In this document: piece after piece, positions 9,250-19,512 of the stretch | Layout: each line of letters opens with the position of its first letter | Position numbering within the stretch: the stretch's first letter is position 1 | Source of the DNA: a virus | Length of the DNA: 64,000 bases | Strand: one strand, 5' to 3' | Virus record (IMG/VR): IMGVR_UViG_3300044825_002891 | Location: 25,132-89,131 of that record | Notes under the pieces: generated by a model | The model's input: only the letters and a program-made list of their open reading frames with translations | Told to the model about the DNA's origin: nothing | Databases searched by the model: none | Program-made: the position numbers and the translations under genes

Positions 9250-9563
9250 AAGAGTTGCTCAGCTGGCCCTGGAAGAGATTTGAGAAGTTCTACGAGGCGT
9301 TTGCCAAGCGGCAAATCGCTGAAGAACTGACGCAGCGCAAGTTGCTGCTTATCTCTGCTTTCTATTCCAATAGCAACTACGACGCAGAGGAAGTAAACAG
9401 AGAGGACATGGTCAGAAAGCTTGAGTCTGACTTTTCTGATCTGATTGCCAACATCTACGCGCCGGTCATTGATGTTGGCAGGGGCAGCAACGAGCCTGAT
9501 CTCGAAGATACGCCGTTCTTCAAGGCCATGAACGTCGATGGCGAGCATTTGATGGAGGCATAG
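9117..9563 (+). CDS. gpGT-like frameshift extension of the tail assembly chaperone
   Basis: -1 frame HPEAARGG...EALEAYSATHPESIEELLSWPWKRFEKFY; contains track ORF 9255-9563. Confidence 0.7.
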   Translation, partial: HPEAARGGKGSDGDVRGSAEERPRRRVTVVEALEAYSATHPESIEELLSWPWKRFEKFYEAFAKRQIAEELTQRKLLLISAFYSNSNYDAEEVNREDMVRKLESDFSDLIANIYAPVIDVGRGSNEPDLEDTPFFKAMNVDGEHLMEA

Positions 9564-12500
9564 TGGATATTGCTCGCATCAACGTAAACGGGGACTTTGA
9601 AGGCGACGACGATCGCAACATTGATGACATCATTCGCGACGGCGAAAAGCTGAAGAAGCAGGGTCTTGATGCCAAGCGTCTAGCTAAAGACATGAAGGAC
9701 CTGGAGGGTCAGGCGTTTGCAGACGCCATGGCTCACAACGCTGAGACGATCAAGTCCAACGAGAAGGTCAAGAAATCTAATCAAGACCTTGCCAATCAGC
9801 GCGCCAAAGAAATCGCCGCAAAAGAGCGCCTGACGCAGCTTGAGAAGGAATACGGCAAAGTCCAGGACGAGCGCGGCAAGAAAAGCTCTATTCGCAGCAA
9901 GAGAGACGCCGAGTTTGTTAAGCAGGAGATTGCCCTGCTTCGCGAGATTCGCGACATTCAAGAGCAGCTGGGAATCGTTGATGCTCGCAAGGCGCGCAGG
10001 CTTGAAGTTCTTGAGGCCAGCTTCGAGAAGTTTATTCAGCGGGCAAAAGAGGCTTACAAGACAGAAGAAGCCGGTGCCGCTGCGGTCGAGAAGGCTGAAA
10101 AGGCCATCAGGAAGAAAGCCAAGGCGACCGAGGATGCGACAAAGCAAACTGAGGATCTCTCGGACGCAGTTGATCAGCTCACCCTGAATCTTGAAGCTCA
10201 GGCGGAAGCAACAGACAAGCTAAACAGCGCGAGAGAAAAGCTTAGTAACGACGACGACGCCAGGGCAGCGAAGAGCCGCAACCGGGGTGGCGGCGGTGGT
10301 GGGACTATCCCACCAACAGCTCGGGGCGGCGCTGGCGGCGGTGCCGGTGGCGGGGGTCGCCCTCCCGGCGGGTTGCCCGACGAAGAAGACTTCAACTTTG
10401 ACTTCGAAGCGTACCTAAAGAAGATCCAGGAGCGCATCAATCAGACGATTGTCGAGCTCAGCACAGCAGAGGGCAGAAAGCTTCGTTTCTATCAGGACGA
10501 GCTTCGAATCCTTGCGGATCGAGAGAAGTTCGCTCGCCGGGCCATTGATCTTGAAGGAGCGCGAGCCCAGGCCCTCGGACAGGTTGAAGAGCTACGCCTC
10601 CGCATTCGAGAAGAGGGCCTAGACGCCTCCGCTATTCGCAGGCTGAAAAATGAGATTGATTCTCTTACGAGAAAAATCAACGAGGCCGACGAGGCTCTAA
10701 AGAACCAGCGCGGCAATGCTGATGGTCTTCGCGACGGTCTTCGTAGGGCCACATTCCAATCTCAGCAGCTTGTCGATAGAACTCGTGAGGATCTGGAGCT
10801 TCGCAGGGCCGCGATCGTCCAGCAACGAGAGCTGATCGATCAGACGATTGCCTATGCCAACGAGCGGGCTCAGGCCCTCCGGGCAAGCCAGGCGGAGTAC
10901 AACAGCACGGTCGCGCGACTTGAGGTTGAAAGAGAGATTCGCCGCATTGGCGAAAGCACAAGAGCTCTGGGCATTCAGCGCGCACGAGAGGCTGTTCTAA
11001 CTCAGCGTGAGCTTGAGCGCGTTTCGCAGCTGTCTGAAGACCTCCAGATCAGAAGCGAAGAAGTTCTCCAGCGCTCTTTTGCTATCGAGGCCACCTATGC
11101 GCTCAGCAGAAAGGACGCGCTAGACGACCTCACTGTTCGCCTACAAGCCCTGAAAGAGGCGCGGGACATTGTTTCGGATCCGGCAGCGATCAAAACGCTT
11201 TCGACCGAGATTGCTCGGGTCGAGGATCAGCTTGATGAGGTTAACAGAAGATACGCTAGTGGTCGCGCCAATATCGAGGCAATCAACGAGGCAGTTCAAA
11301 GAACGATTGCCAGATCGTCTCGTGTCCTGTCGGTCGTTCGAGAGCAAAACACTGCGTACGAAGAGCAGCGCCAGCTGGCGGAGGCCACCACGCGCGGCTT
11401 GCGTCAGGACATTAGATCTCAGCGCCTAAGGCTAGATAACCTTCTTGCTGAGACGGCCAGCCTTGAAGCGCAACGTCAGATTCGCAAGGCTATTGCCGAC
11501 CTTGATGATGCTGAAAGGCGCAGACAGCGCGATGTGCGCCGCGGCGACTTTTCAGAGGCGCAGGCAAACAGGCTTCTAGAAGAAGCTGGCGAGGCGATTC
11601 TTAATGCAACCAGGGCTCGCGAGCAGGCCGTAAAGACAGAGCGCGAATACAACCTTGAGATTTCGCGCCAGAAAGTTCTGATCGTTGAGATCCAGCGCCT
11701 TCTGTCTGACCGCGATCCTCTTTTCAAAGGCGGCTTTTCCACAACTGAGATCGATAAGTTCGAGGTTGCTCTTGAGAAGCTGCGCAGAGAGCTGGAGGAC
11801 ACGGCAGATGCTGGCGGCTCCCTTGACGGCGTAAACCGCAGGCTGCGGCGCTTCCGCGATGACCTTGAGCAGTCCAGGGTCCCGCTAAATCGCTTCGAGC
11901 TAGCTCTTACGCGACTGCGCGATCGCCTCGGATTCCTTGGCCGCGCGTTTAGTGCCCTTGACTCCCAGAGTCGTGGCTTCAGCCTCTTCACATCTCTTGC
12001 GACGGTCATCATTGAGCCGCTGGCCGCAGTTGTTGTTCAGCTTGCTGGTGGTCTGCTTGCCGTTGCATCTAGTGCCGTGGCGGCAGGAGGTGCGCTGGGT
12101 GGCGCTCTTGTTGCGGGCGTTGCACAGGCAATCCCAGCGATTACGCTGCTCGCGGCTGGATTCAAGAGCCTCATCGATGTTGTCCAGATTTCCAACCGGC
12201 AGCGCCAGGACGAGGCGAGCAACCTTGCTCGCGAGGCGCGTGGTGTAGGCGGCGCGGCGGATGGGGTTAATCGCCTCAAGGATGCAAACGACAATCTTGT
12301 CGAAGCGCAGCGCAGACTTAGTGATGCTCGACGGCAAGCAATCAGGGATCTTGAAGATCTTGCTGACAAAGAGAGACAAGCCGAGCTTGCCTCTAGGTCC
12401 GCATCCATTTCGGTTATTGAAGCTCAGATCGCTCTCGACCAGGCTCGCTCCACTGGCAGTGCGCTTGATATTCGTCGCGCTGAAATCGAACTTGCCGGAG

Positions 12501-15500
12501 CAAGAATCAGTGAGCGCCAGGCAGAGCGAGACGTAGGCCGCACCCGCTTTGACGCCGCAACTCAGCGCCGCGAAGGCGTCGAGAACAACGATCAGGTTAT
12601 TGCAGCTAAGCGCGCCCTTGCATCTGCCGAAAGGCAACTTGCCGATGCCCGCGTAGGCGGAGCCTCTGCTGCCAGTGCGCTGTCTCAAGCAACCGCTCGT
12701 CTTGATGAGCAAATCAAAATGCTCTCTCCTGGTCAGAGGGAGCTCCTTGACGGCATCAACGAGCTGCGCAAAGTCTTCCGTTCCGGCCCGTTCGTAGAAA
12801 TCCGCGACATCATCTTGCAGCCGTTTATTGCGGCGACAGACGCGCTGATCGGCCTTGGCCAAGACAGCGCCCTGGTTGGAAGCTTTAAGGCTCTTGCAAC
12901 CTCGATCTCGGAAACTCTCGGCGGTGCGATTAACAGCCTGTTTAGCCCGCGCGCTAGAGACTTTATCTTCTTCATCAACGGCCAGGCCAGCGGCAACGTG
13001 CGCATCCTTGGAGAGGGCTTTGCTTCTCTCGGGTCGATTATCGAGAAGATCTCCGTAGCCGCGGCCCCTGTCCTTAGAGACCTACTAATCGGAATCGTAG
13101 ACACCTTTGACAGGATTGACGACAGCCTTACGGAATCCGGCCTCAAGGGATTCTTTGACACCTCCCAAGACGCGCTCAATGCATTTGGTCAAGTGGTTGA
13201 GGAGACATTCCTTCTTCTCAAGAATCTCTTTGAGCTTTCTGCTCCGACCGGCAACACGCTTGTTTCTACGTTTGCAACATTCCTGCGCGGAATCAATCAG
13301 CAGCTTTCCGACCCGTCTCGCAGAAGAGAGATTCGTCGCTGGTTTGAGGAGGTTGGTCGTGGAACAGCTGCTTTCGCATCCGCACTCAAGGACCTCACCG
13401 TCGCCATTTTCGGCGGCCTCAATCCCGACAGACTCAGACAGTTCTCTGTCGTTATCTCGGATATCCTGGCGCCTGCAATCAGGACGCTGATTGATTTCAG
13501 TGGAAAGCTGGTTTCGGTCTTTGCCCTACTTGAAAGAGTCCCCCTTGCGTCAGAGCTAACCGCCCTCGCGATCGCCACAGTTGTTCTTGGAAAGACATTC
13601 ACAACCATTCTTGGGATTGTCGGTCTTCTGCAAACAGCAGTGTTCGGACTCGCTAGCGCACTTGGCACACTGAGCACCGTTTCCCGCGGAACTGCTGCTG
13701 CCAACGCCATGGGCGGGCTGAGCGCTGTTCTCGTGGGCGCTAATGGTCAGATGACACAAACAACAAGCGGTGCCCTAAAGGCCCAGGGCGCGCTTGGCGG
13801 GCTTGGGCGGGCGGCGGGTCCCATGAGGGTTCTTGGGCAGGCCGTAAGCCGCCTCGGCCCCTATGGCCTCGCTGCTGGTATTGGGCTCACTCTGTTTGGC
13901 GATGCTCTTTTCCAGCTTATCCCCGGGCTTGAAACTGTTGAGGACAAGGCAAACAGAGCCCGCGAAGCGCTGCTCGCGCTAGATGAGGCAGCAAGTCAAA
14001 ACGCAGACGCCGCGCTCGACCTGCAAGAGGCGGAAGCGTCTCGCAGAAGGGCTGATAACACCCTTGACGAAGCCCGCGCGGCAAGGCAGCAAGCGGCACT
14101 GCGCCTCAGAAACGCGGAAAATAAGCAGGAAAGAGAGGCCGCGAGGCGCGATCTTGAGTCCGCCAGGATTTCCGTTATTGAAGCTCGCAACGGGGTTGAC
14201 AGAGCTGATAAGCGTCTAAGAGATGCTCAAAACCGTGCCCGCCAGGTTCAGAGCGAATCTGATAGAGCTGCTGCGGCCGCGGCCAAAACTCTCAGGGAGG
14301 CTTTTGACGCCGGGCCCAATGTCCAGCTCCAGGGTAGAAACGAAGAGACGGGTCTACCGATTAGGCAGATTCTGACTCCGGATCAACGCCTTAAGAATCT
14401 CAAGCAGCTTGTGGGTGATGATGAGGACTTCAAAGCTCTTGATGAGTACACCCAAGCTAAGTACATCGCGATTCTTGAAAACATTCTTGATCAGAAGGGC
14501 AAGATTCCTGAAGAAAGGCTAGAGCTTGTCTTCAAGGCTGTTGCCGACAACAAGAGCATTTCTGACATCCTTGCTCTTCTCGACATCAAAATCCCCAAGG
14601 GCCTCAATGTAGATGTCCTGTTTGACCAGGAAAGAATCGCAGCAGAGGCCACGGCGGCTGGCAAGAGCATCGAAGAGCTGTTCCTCATGAAGATCGATCG
14701 CATCAACGCTGTCGTTGCTGCGGTAGAACTTAACGAGGCTTCCCCCGGCAGGCCCGCCCCGGCCAGGGCGTTTGCCGACGGCGGAATCGTCAGGGCATCG
14801 CCGGGTGGCGTTGTTATCAAGGCCGCCGAGGATGGTTACGACGAGTTCGTAATCACAACAGACCCCACGAAAAAAGAGAAGTCCAAGAATCTCCTGCGTA
14901 GGGCCGCAAGAGCAGTCCTGGCTGGCAACAATGAAAACGACCAGTACGGGATTTCTGAGGGTGATCCCCCTAGCCTCCGGGGCAGAGGAAGAAGGGGTGG
15001 CGGATCTGCCGGGCCCGCCGCGCGCAACCCGCTTGCCGCGTTCTTCACCATGTTCAACACGGCAGAGAGGCTGGACGCAGCTGACATTCCGTATTCGTGG
15101 GGCGGCGGTCACACCACACCCGCTCGGCCGACGCCGGGGATTAAGTCTGACGGCAAAGACGGTTCGAATATCGTCGGCCTTGACTGCTCGTCTAGTGTTT
15201 CCGCTGTTCTTCAGTCCGCTATCCCGAGCTTCCCGACCATTACATCGGGCGAGTTCCCGGGCCAGTCTGCTCTTTCTCCCGGCCGCGGCCTAGTCACAAT
15301 CTGGTCCAACAACAAGCACGTCTTCATGACGTTTGGCGCAGAGGACTGGGGCACCAATAGTGGGGAGCCCGGCAATGGTCCTGGCTTCCACGATCACTCT
15401 AAGGGTGGGTACACACCAAGCCACCCCGACTTCCTCGGTCCCGGAACAAGAGACCAGTCCCTCTTTGGCCGCGTGTACAAGTCCCTGCGCGGGGCGGACT

Positions 15501-17377
15501 ATTCGGCAATCAACAACGTGCAGGGCGAGTTTGAGTCCCTCGGTCGCACCGCAAGAAACTTTAACCAGGAGTTTGGCGCTGTTGCTGGCGATGGTGGTGG
15601 CTTCTTCAACTCGGCCGCCCGAAGCATTCTCTCCAACGCTTTCAAAAACTTCCAGCAGTTCCAGTACGGAGGAGAGGTTCAAGGCCGACGTGGCCAGGCT
15701 GTTCCTGTTATCGCTCACGCGGGCGAATACGTTCTTACTGAAGAGGAGACAAGAAGGGCAAGAAGCGGTCAGCAGTCTCGCACGCTAGTTGACTCGTTTG
15801 TCAAGACGATTGAAAAGGCGTTCGAAGACGCAAAGCCGATCGTGGCAACGGCGTTCAAAAGACTCTTTCAGTCTGTCGGCATTGGACTTGAACGCGACGG
15901 GCGCCAGACCGGGGTAAGAAGCCTTATCCCCAACCTGGACCTGCGTCCCGGCAAGCCCGGCGGCGGAGTAAACATCCTTACTGCGGTGAGCCAGTTCATT
16001 CAGGGCGGCTACGACGCAGAAACGGACAAGCAGGCTAGTCTTGTTCTGAACACCTCTCCCAAGAAGTTTGGCGAGGCGCTCAAGAAGGTTTCTGACAAGG
16101 TCGCTGGATACCTTGAGAGTATTCTAAGCGCCGCTCAAAACCGCATTGCTGAAGCGCAGCGGAGCAATCAGGGTCTTGCTGACAGGCTACAAACTGACCA
16201 GCTGAGCAACTCGGGCTCGTTTGACCAGGGGTCGGGACTCTTCAGGTTTGTCGGCGGGTTTGCCCAGCAGCAGGGGGATTCAGCCGCCGATATCGCCCTG
16301 GAGCGCGAGTCCCTTATTGGGCAGCGCAGCAATCTAATCGCCGCAAGAAACGCGATTCAAGGTCTGATCAGCCAAACCGCCACAACAATCGCTGGCCTAG
16401 AGGGCAAGCTGAACTCTCTTAGGGCTGCGAGGGCTCGCCTTGTCACAGAAAAAAATCAAGTAAAGGGTCAATCCCCAGCTAAGAAAAGAGAGCGCGCCCG
16501 CATTCAGCGCCTGATCGACGCAGTCGATGCCGAAATCAAGTCCGTTGAGGATCAGATTCAGGCGGCAAAGGCCACTCAGCAGCAACTTGAGTCTGACCTT
16601 ACCGGCACAAATGCTCAAATCACCCAAACAGAAAGCCAGATTGCCGACACCCAGGGTCGTCAGATTGACGCCCTTATTGCGCAGGCGACAAGCGGTAGAT
16701 ACTCCGCCGAAACAGCAAAGGGATTCTTTGACCAGGCCGAGCAACTAGCGATCGCGTCTAACGATCAGCAGCGCCTGGCCGCGATTAGAGCCGCAAGATT
16801 TAACTTTGGTCAGTCGCAGTTCGGCGGTCTTATTGGCGAGCAGCAGGCAAGGGTCCGACTTGCCGAGGCTACCGGGAATGAGGCTGAGAGAAGGGCCGGA
16901 CTTCAAGAGATCGGCAGACTTCTAGCCGAGCAAGCAGAAGCTGTGAGGGGCGAGATCGCGCGCCTCGAAGCAGAGGGTGTTGACCTCAACAGCCCCGAGC
17001 TGATTAATCTGAGAACAACACTCACCAACCTGAATCTTGCAATCAAGGACAACACAGACGCACTTAACGGCACCACCACCCAGAACTTCAGCTCTACAGC
17101 TTGGCAGCTATTCCGCCGCGCCATCTTCGGGGGTGAAAATCAACTTCTCCAGGGCTTCTCAGGCGTCGGCGGGATTGACAATGCTACGCGATCGATTACA
17201 ACACCAGCAGTCTCGCCTGATATGGTTTACATCATGCCTGCTGGTGGACCCGGCTCTTCTACCAATAGCAACACCAGCACGACTAACATCACCGTCAACG
17301 TCAGCGAGGCTGAGCCCGGGATGGATCCGACCTATCTTGCTGGCGCCCTGGCCTTCGCACTGGATGGTAAGCCGTAA
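9563..17377 (+). CDS. Tape measure protein with C-terminal-half NlpC/P60-like peptidase domain
   Basis: 2604 aa, coiled-coil and hydrophobic segments; PYSWGGGH...LDCSSSVS...HVFM; FADGG / FQYGG..HAGEYV motifs. Confidence 0.92.
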   Translation: MDIARINVNGDFEGDDDRNIDDIIRDGEKLKKQGLDAKRLAKDMKDLEGQAFADAMAHNAETIKSNEKVKKSNQDLANQRAKEIAAKERLTQLEKEYGKVQDERGKKSSIRSKRDAEFVKQEIALLREIRDIQEQLGIVDARKARRLEVLEASFEKFIQRAKEAYKTEEAGAAAVEKAEKAIRKKAKATEDATKQTEDLSDAVDQLTLNLEAQAEATDKLNSAREKLSNDDDARAAKSRNRGGGGGGTIPPTARGGAGGGAGGGGRPPGGLPDEEDFNFDFEAYLKKIQERINQTIVELSTAEGRKLRFYQDELRILADREKFARRAIDLEGARAQALGQVEELRLRIREEGLDASAIRRLKNEIDSLTRKINEADEALKNQRGNADGLRDGLRRATFQSQQLVDRTREDLELRRAAIVQQRELIDQTIAYANERAQALRASQAEYNSTVARLEVEREIRRIGESTRALGIQRAREAVLTQRELERVSQLSEDLQIRSEEVLQRSFAIEATYALSRKDALDDLTVRLQALKEARDIVSDPAAIKTLSTEIARVEDQLDEVNRRYASGRANIEAINEAVQRTIARSSRVLSVVREQNTAYEEQRQLAEATTRGLRQDIRSQRLRLDNLLAETASLEAQRQIRKAIADLDDAERRRQRDVRRGDFSEAQANRLLEEAGEAILNATRAREQAVKTEREYNLEISRQKVLIVEIQRLLSDRDPLFKGGFSTTEIDKFEVALEKLRRELEDTADAGGSLDGVNRRLRRFRDDLEQSRVPLNRFELALTRLRDRLGFLGRAFSALDSQSRGFSLFTSLATVIIEPLAAVVVQLAGGLLAVASSAVAAGGALGGALVAGVAQAIPAITLLAAGFKSLIDVVQISNRQRQDEASNLAREARGVGGAADGVNRLKDANDNLVEAQRRLSDARRQAIRDLEDLADKERQAELASRSASISVIEAQIALDQARSTGSALDIRRAEIELAGARISERQAERDVGRTRFDAATQRREGVENNDQVIAAKRALASAERQLADARVGGASAASALSQATARLDEQIKMLSPGQRELLDGINELRKVFRSGPFVEIRDIILQPFIAATDALIGLGQDSALVGSFKALATSISETLGGAINSLFSPRARDFIFFINGQASGNVRILGEGFASLGSIIEKISVAAAPVLRDLLIGIVDTFDRIDDSLTESGLKGFFDTSQDALNAFGQVVEETFLLLKNLFELSAPTGNTLVSTFATFLRGINQQLSDPSRRREIRRWFEEVGRGTAAFASALKDLTVAIFGGLNPDRLRQFSVVISDILAPAIRTLIDFSGKLVSVFALLERVPLASELTALAIATVVLGKTFTTILGIVGLLQTAVFGLASALGTLSTVSRGTAAANAMGGLSAVLVGANGQMTQTTSGALKAQGALGGLGRAAGPMRVLGQAVSRLGPYGLAAGIGLTLFGDALFQLIPGLETVEDKANRAREALLALDEAASQNADAALDLQEAEASRRRADNTLDEARAARQQAALRLRNAENKQEREAARRDLESARISVIEARNGVDRADKRLRDAQNRARQVQSESDRAAAAAAKTLREAFDAGPNVQLQGRNEETGLPIRQILTPDQRLKNLKQLVGDDEDFKALDEYTQAKYIAILENILDQKGKIPEERLELVFKAVADNKSISDILALLDIKIPKGLNVDVLFDQERIAAEATAAGKSIEELFLMKIDRINAVVAAVELNEASPGRPAPARAFADGGIVRASPGGVVIKAAEDGYDEFVITTDPTKKEKSKNLLRRAARAVLAGNNENDQYGISEGDPPSLRGRGRRGGGSAGPAARNPLAAFFTMFNTAERLDAADIPYSWGGGHTTPARPTPGIKSDGKDGSNIVGLDCSSSVSAVLQSAIPSFPTITSGEFPGQSALSPGRGLVTIWSNNKHVFMTFGAEDWGTNSGEPGNGPGFHDHSKGGYTPSHPDFLGPGTRDQSLFGRVYKSLRGADYSAINNVQGEFESLGRTARNFNQEFGAVAGDGGGFFNSAARSILSNAFKNFQQFQYGGEVQGRRGQAVPVIAHAGEYVLTEEETRRARSGQQSRTLVDSFVKTIEKAFEDAKPIVATAFKRLFQSVGIGLERDGRQTGVRSLIPNLDLRPGKPGGGVNILTAVSQFIQGGYDAETDKQASLVLNTSPKKFGEALKKVSDKVAGYLESILSAAQNRIAEAQRSNQGLADRLQTDQLSNSGSFDQGSGLFRFVGGFAQQQGDSAADIALERESLIGQRSNLIAARNAIQGLISQTATTIAGLEGKLNSLRAARARLVTEKNQVKGQSPAKKRERARIQRLIDAVDAEIKSVEDQIQAAKATQQQLESDLTGTNAQITQTESQIADTQGRQIDALIAQATSGRYSAETAKGFFDQAEQLAIASNDQQRLAAIRAARFNFGQSQFGGLIGEQQARVRLAEATGNEAERRAGLQEIGRLLAEQAEAVRGEIARLEAEGVDLNSPELINLRTTLTNLNLAIKDNTDALNGTTTQNFSSTAWQLFRRAIFGGENQLLQGFSGVGGIDNATRSITTPAVSPDMVYIMPAGGPGSSTNSNTSTTNITVNVSEAEPGMDPTYLAGALAFALDGKP

Positions 17378-18228
17378 TGGACTTTTACGGAACCCTTGGC
17401 CTCGAAGCAGAAATCGTTTTCAACAACCTTCTGCTGAATCGGCGCATGGTCGATGTGGGGACTGGCCCACGCTACAGAATCACCGACATTGGTGGTCTTG
17501 ACGACGCGGATGTTAGGGACGCCCGTGAAGTCAACCCCATGCGAGATGGGGAAATGGCACTTCCCGCCTACTACGGCGGACGAACTATTACCATGACCGG
17601 GCGCATCCTCGCAAGAAATGTTGCCGAGATGCGAACGATGCAGACACAGCTCAAGAGGGCATTTTCGGTTCTGGAAGAATCGCGACTCAGGTTTTACAAC
17701 AGTTCTGGCTCAACTGATTACATCTACATCAATGTCCGCAAGTCGGCCCCGATTCAAATGCGGGAGGCGCAGGTCAATGCTCAGCCCTACAGAGACTTTC
17801 TAATCACCCTCAGAGCTTCTGATCCGCGCTTCTACAGTAGCGCTACCAACACGTTTGCCGCCTCTGGCTCCGGCCTCGCTACAACCTTCACGTCGATTAA
17901 TCCAGGTGAAGCAAATAGCGACCCGATCATTCGCATGACCGGACCTCTTTACCCAACCACCTTTGGCACCACCGCCCAGGCCGCGATTGCCAATCTTGAC
18001 TCGGGTCAGTCGTTAAACCTCTCTTTCCCATCGACCGCCCTAATGGCGTCAACTGCGTATGCAGAGATCAACTGCGGCACGCGCAAAGTAAACGGCAGCA
18101 TCAACTACTCGAATGTTCTTGGCGGCTCCGTGTTTCCGCAGGTGATCTCTGGCACAAATACGTTTTACGTTGCTGGATTCACCGGCACGGGAAGCGTTAG
18201 CGTTTTCTACAAGAGCTCCTGGATGTAG
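17377..18228 (+). CDS. Distal tail protein (Dit-like)
   Basis: GGRTITMTG and LRASDPRFYS motifs; follows tape measure. Confidence 0.8.
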   Translation: MDFYGTLGLEAEIVFNNLLLNRRMVDVGTGPRYRITDIGGLDDADVRDAREVNPMRDGEMALPAYYGGRTITMTGRILARNVAEMRTMQTQLKRAFSVLEESRLRFYNSSGSTDYIYINVRKSAPIQMREAQVNAQPYRDFLITLRASDPRFYSSATNTFAASGSGLATTFTSINPGEANSDPIIRMTGPLYPTTFGTTAQAAIANLDSGQSLNLSFPSTALMASTAYAEINCGTRKVNGSINYSNVLGGSVFPQVISGTNTFYVAGFTGTGSVSVFYKSSWM

Positions 18229-18231
18229 ACC

Positions 18232-19512
18232 GTGGCGCTTCCGTACTGGAAAGTGCTGCTGCTCAACAGAGCAACGATGCAGAAGATCGGTGAGTTCACC
18301 CAGTTTTCCTCTGCCTCCTATAGCAAGCGGCTGAACTCCGCTGGAAGCGCCTCTATTTCCTGCTCCCTGGAGGATCCGGTATCGCAGGCAATCGTACCGC
18401 TAGCGACTGTTCTTGCGTTTGAGAGAAACGGTCACATTGTGTGGTCTGGGCCGATTATCAACCGCGATGATTCCCTTCCAAATAGGTCGGTTTCAGCCCA
18501 GGCTGTAGGCTTTTTCGACGTGCTGATGAAGCGCGTATTCCGGCAGAACAGAACTGCGTTTACAAATGTAGACGCCGGACAGATCGCTCAGGCCATCATT
18601 TCTGAGGCAAACGCCCAAAGCCCAACTGGGATCACGATCACGTCTATTGACACTACCGTTCCACGGACACGAACTTATTCTAGATTCTCTTCGATGGGTC
18701 AGGCGATCGTGGAGCTTTCTCAGGTCGAGAACGGTTTTGACTTTGAAGTTGTTGGAACCGAGTTCAGGGTTTACGCCAACCAAGGCGTGGACAGAAGCGC
18801 CTCGGCGGCAGCTGGTGTAGACCAGGTGGTTCTCGGTGTGCAGGCGGCGACCCAGAACGTCGCTACCTTTAGTCGAAAGATCGACACCAGCTCTTTCACA
18901 AATCGCGTGGCAGCGATTACAACGGGAAGCATTGAAGTTGTAGAAGACACCGATAGCGTGACTCAGTACGGTCTTTACGAGGTGTCCCAAAGCCTGGGCC
19001 CCGTCTCTTCTGACGTTGGCCGAGCCTATGCCGCCGCAGAGGTGGCAGTGCGCGGACTGCCGATTGAAACAATCACAGTATCCCTTCTGCCGACCGACGA
19101 AGACGAACGGGTGCCACGCTTTGATGGCAACGGCAACGACGACGATAGCTACTTTGGCCTGGGCGACAAGCTCCGCGTGGTCGTGCAGGACCCTGACCTG
19201 CCTCTAATCGACCAGGCTTTCCGGGTTTTCGGGGCTACTGTAAGCCTCGATGCAAATGGCGTAGAGAGACTTTCGGATCTACAACTAGCGGCGCCCCTCA
19301 GAACGAACATCTCTACCACCGGTATGGTTTTCAGAGATACCGGCGGCCTCTATACGGCCACCAATGCCGGTAACCCGGATACAACCATCACTGTTGCTGG
19401 CGACGGCTACACGGTTCTGAGCATTCCCTATGTGAATGTTTCGACAACCTCTTCGTGGATCGTCGGGGACGCCGTCTATTCTATTCTCGGTCTAACAACG
19501 GTGCTTGATTGA
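18232..19512 (+). CDS. Minor tail / baseplate hub protein
   Basis: VWSGPI, GFDFEV and LGDKLRV motifs of actinophage hub proteins. Confidence 0.75.
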   Translation: MALPYWKVLLLNRATMQKIGEFTQFSSASYSKRLNSAGSASISCSLEDPVSQAIVPLATVLAFERNGHIVWSGPIINRDDSLPNRSVSAQAVGFFDVLMKRVFRQNRTAFTNVDAGQIAQAIISEANAQSPTGITITSIDTTVPRTRTYSRFSSMGQAIVELSQVENGFDFEVVGTEFRVYANQGVDRSASAAAGVDQVVLGVQAATQNVATFSRKIDTSSFTNRVAAITTGSIEVVEDTDSVTQYGLYEVSQSLGPVSSDVGRAYAAAEVAVRGLPIETITVSLLPTDEDERVPRFDGNGNDDDSYFGLGDKLRVVVQDPDLPLIDQAFRVFGATVSLDANGVERLSDLQLAAPLRTNISTTGMVFRDTGGLYTATNAGNPDTTITVAGDGYTVLSIPYVNVSTTSSWIVGDAVYSILGLTTVLD

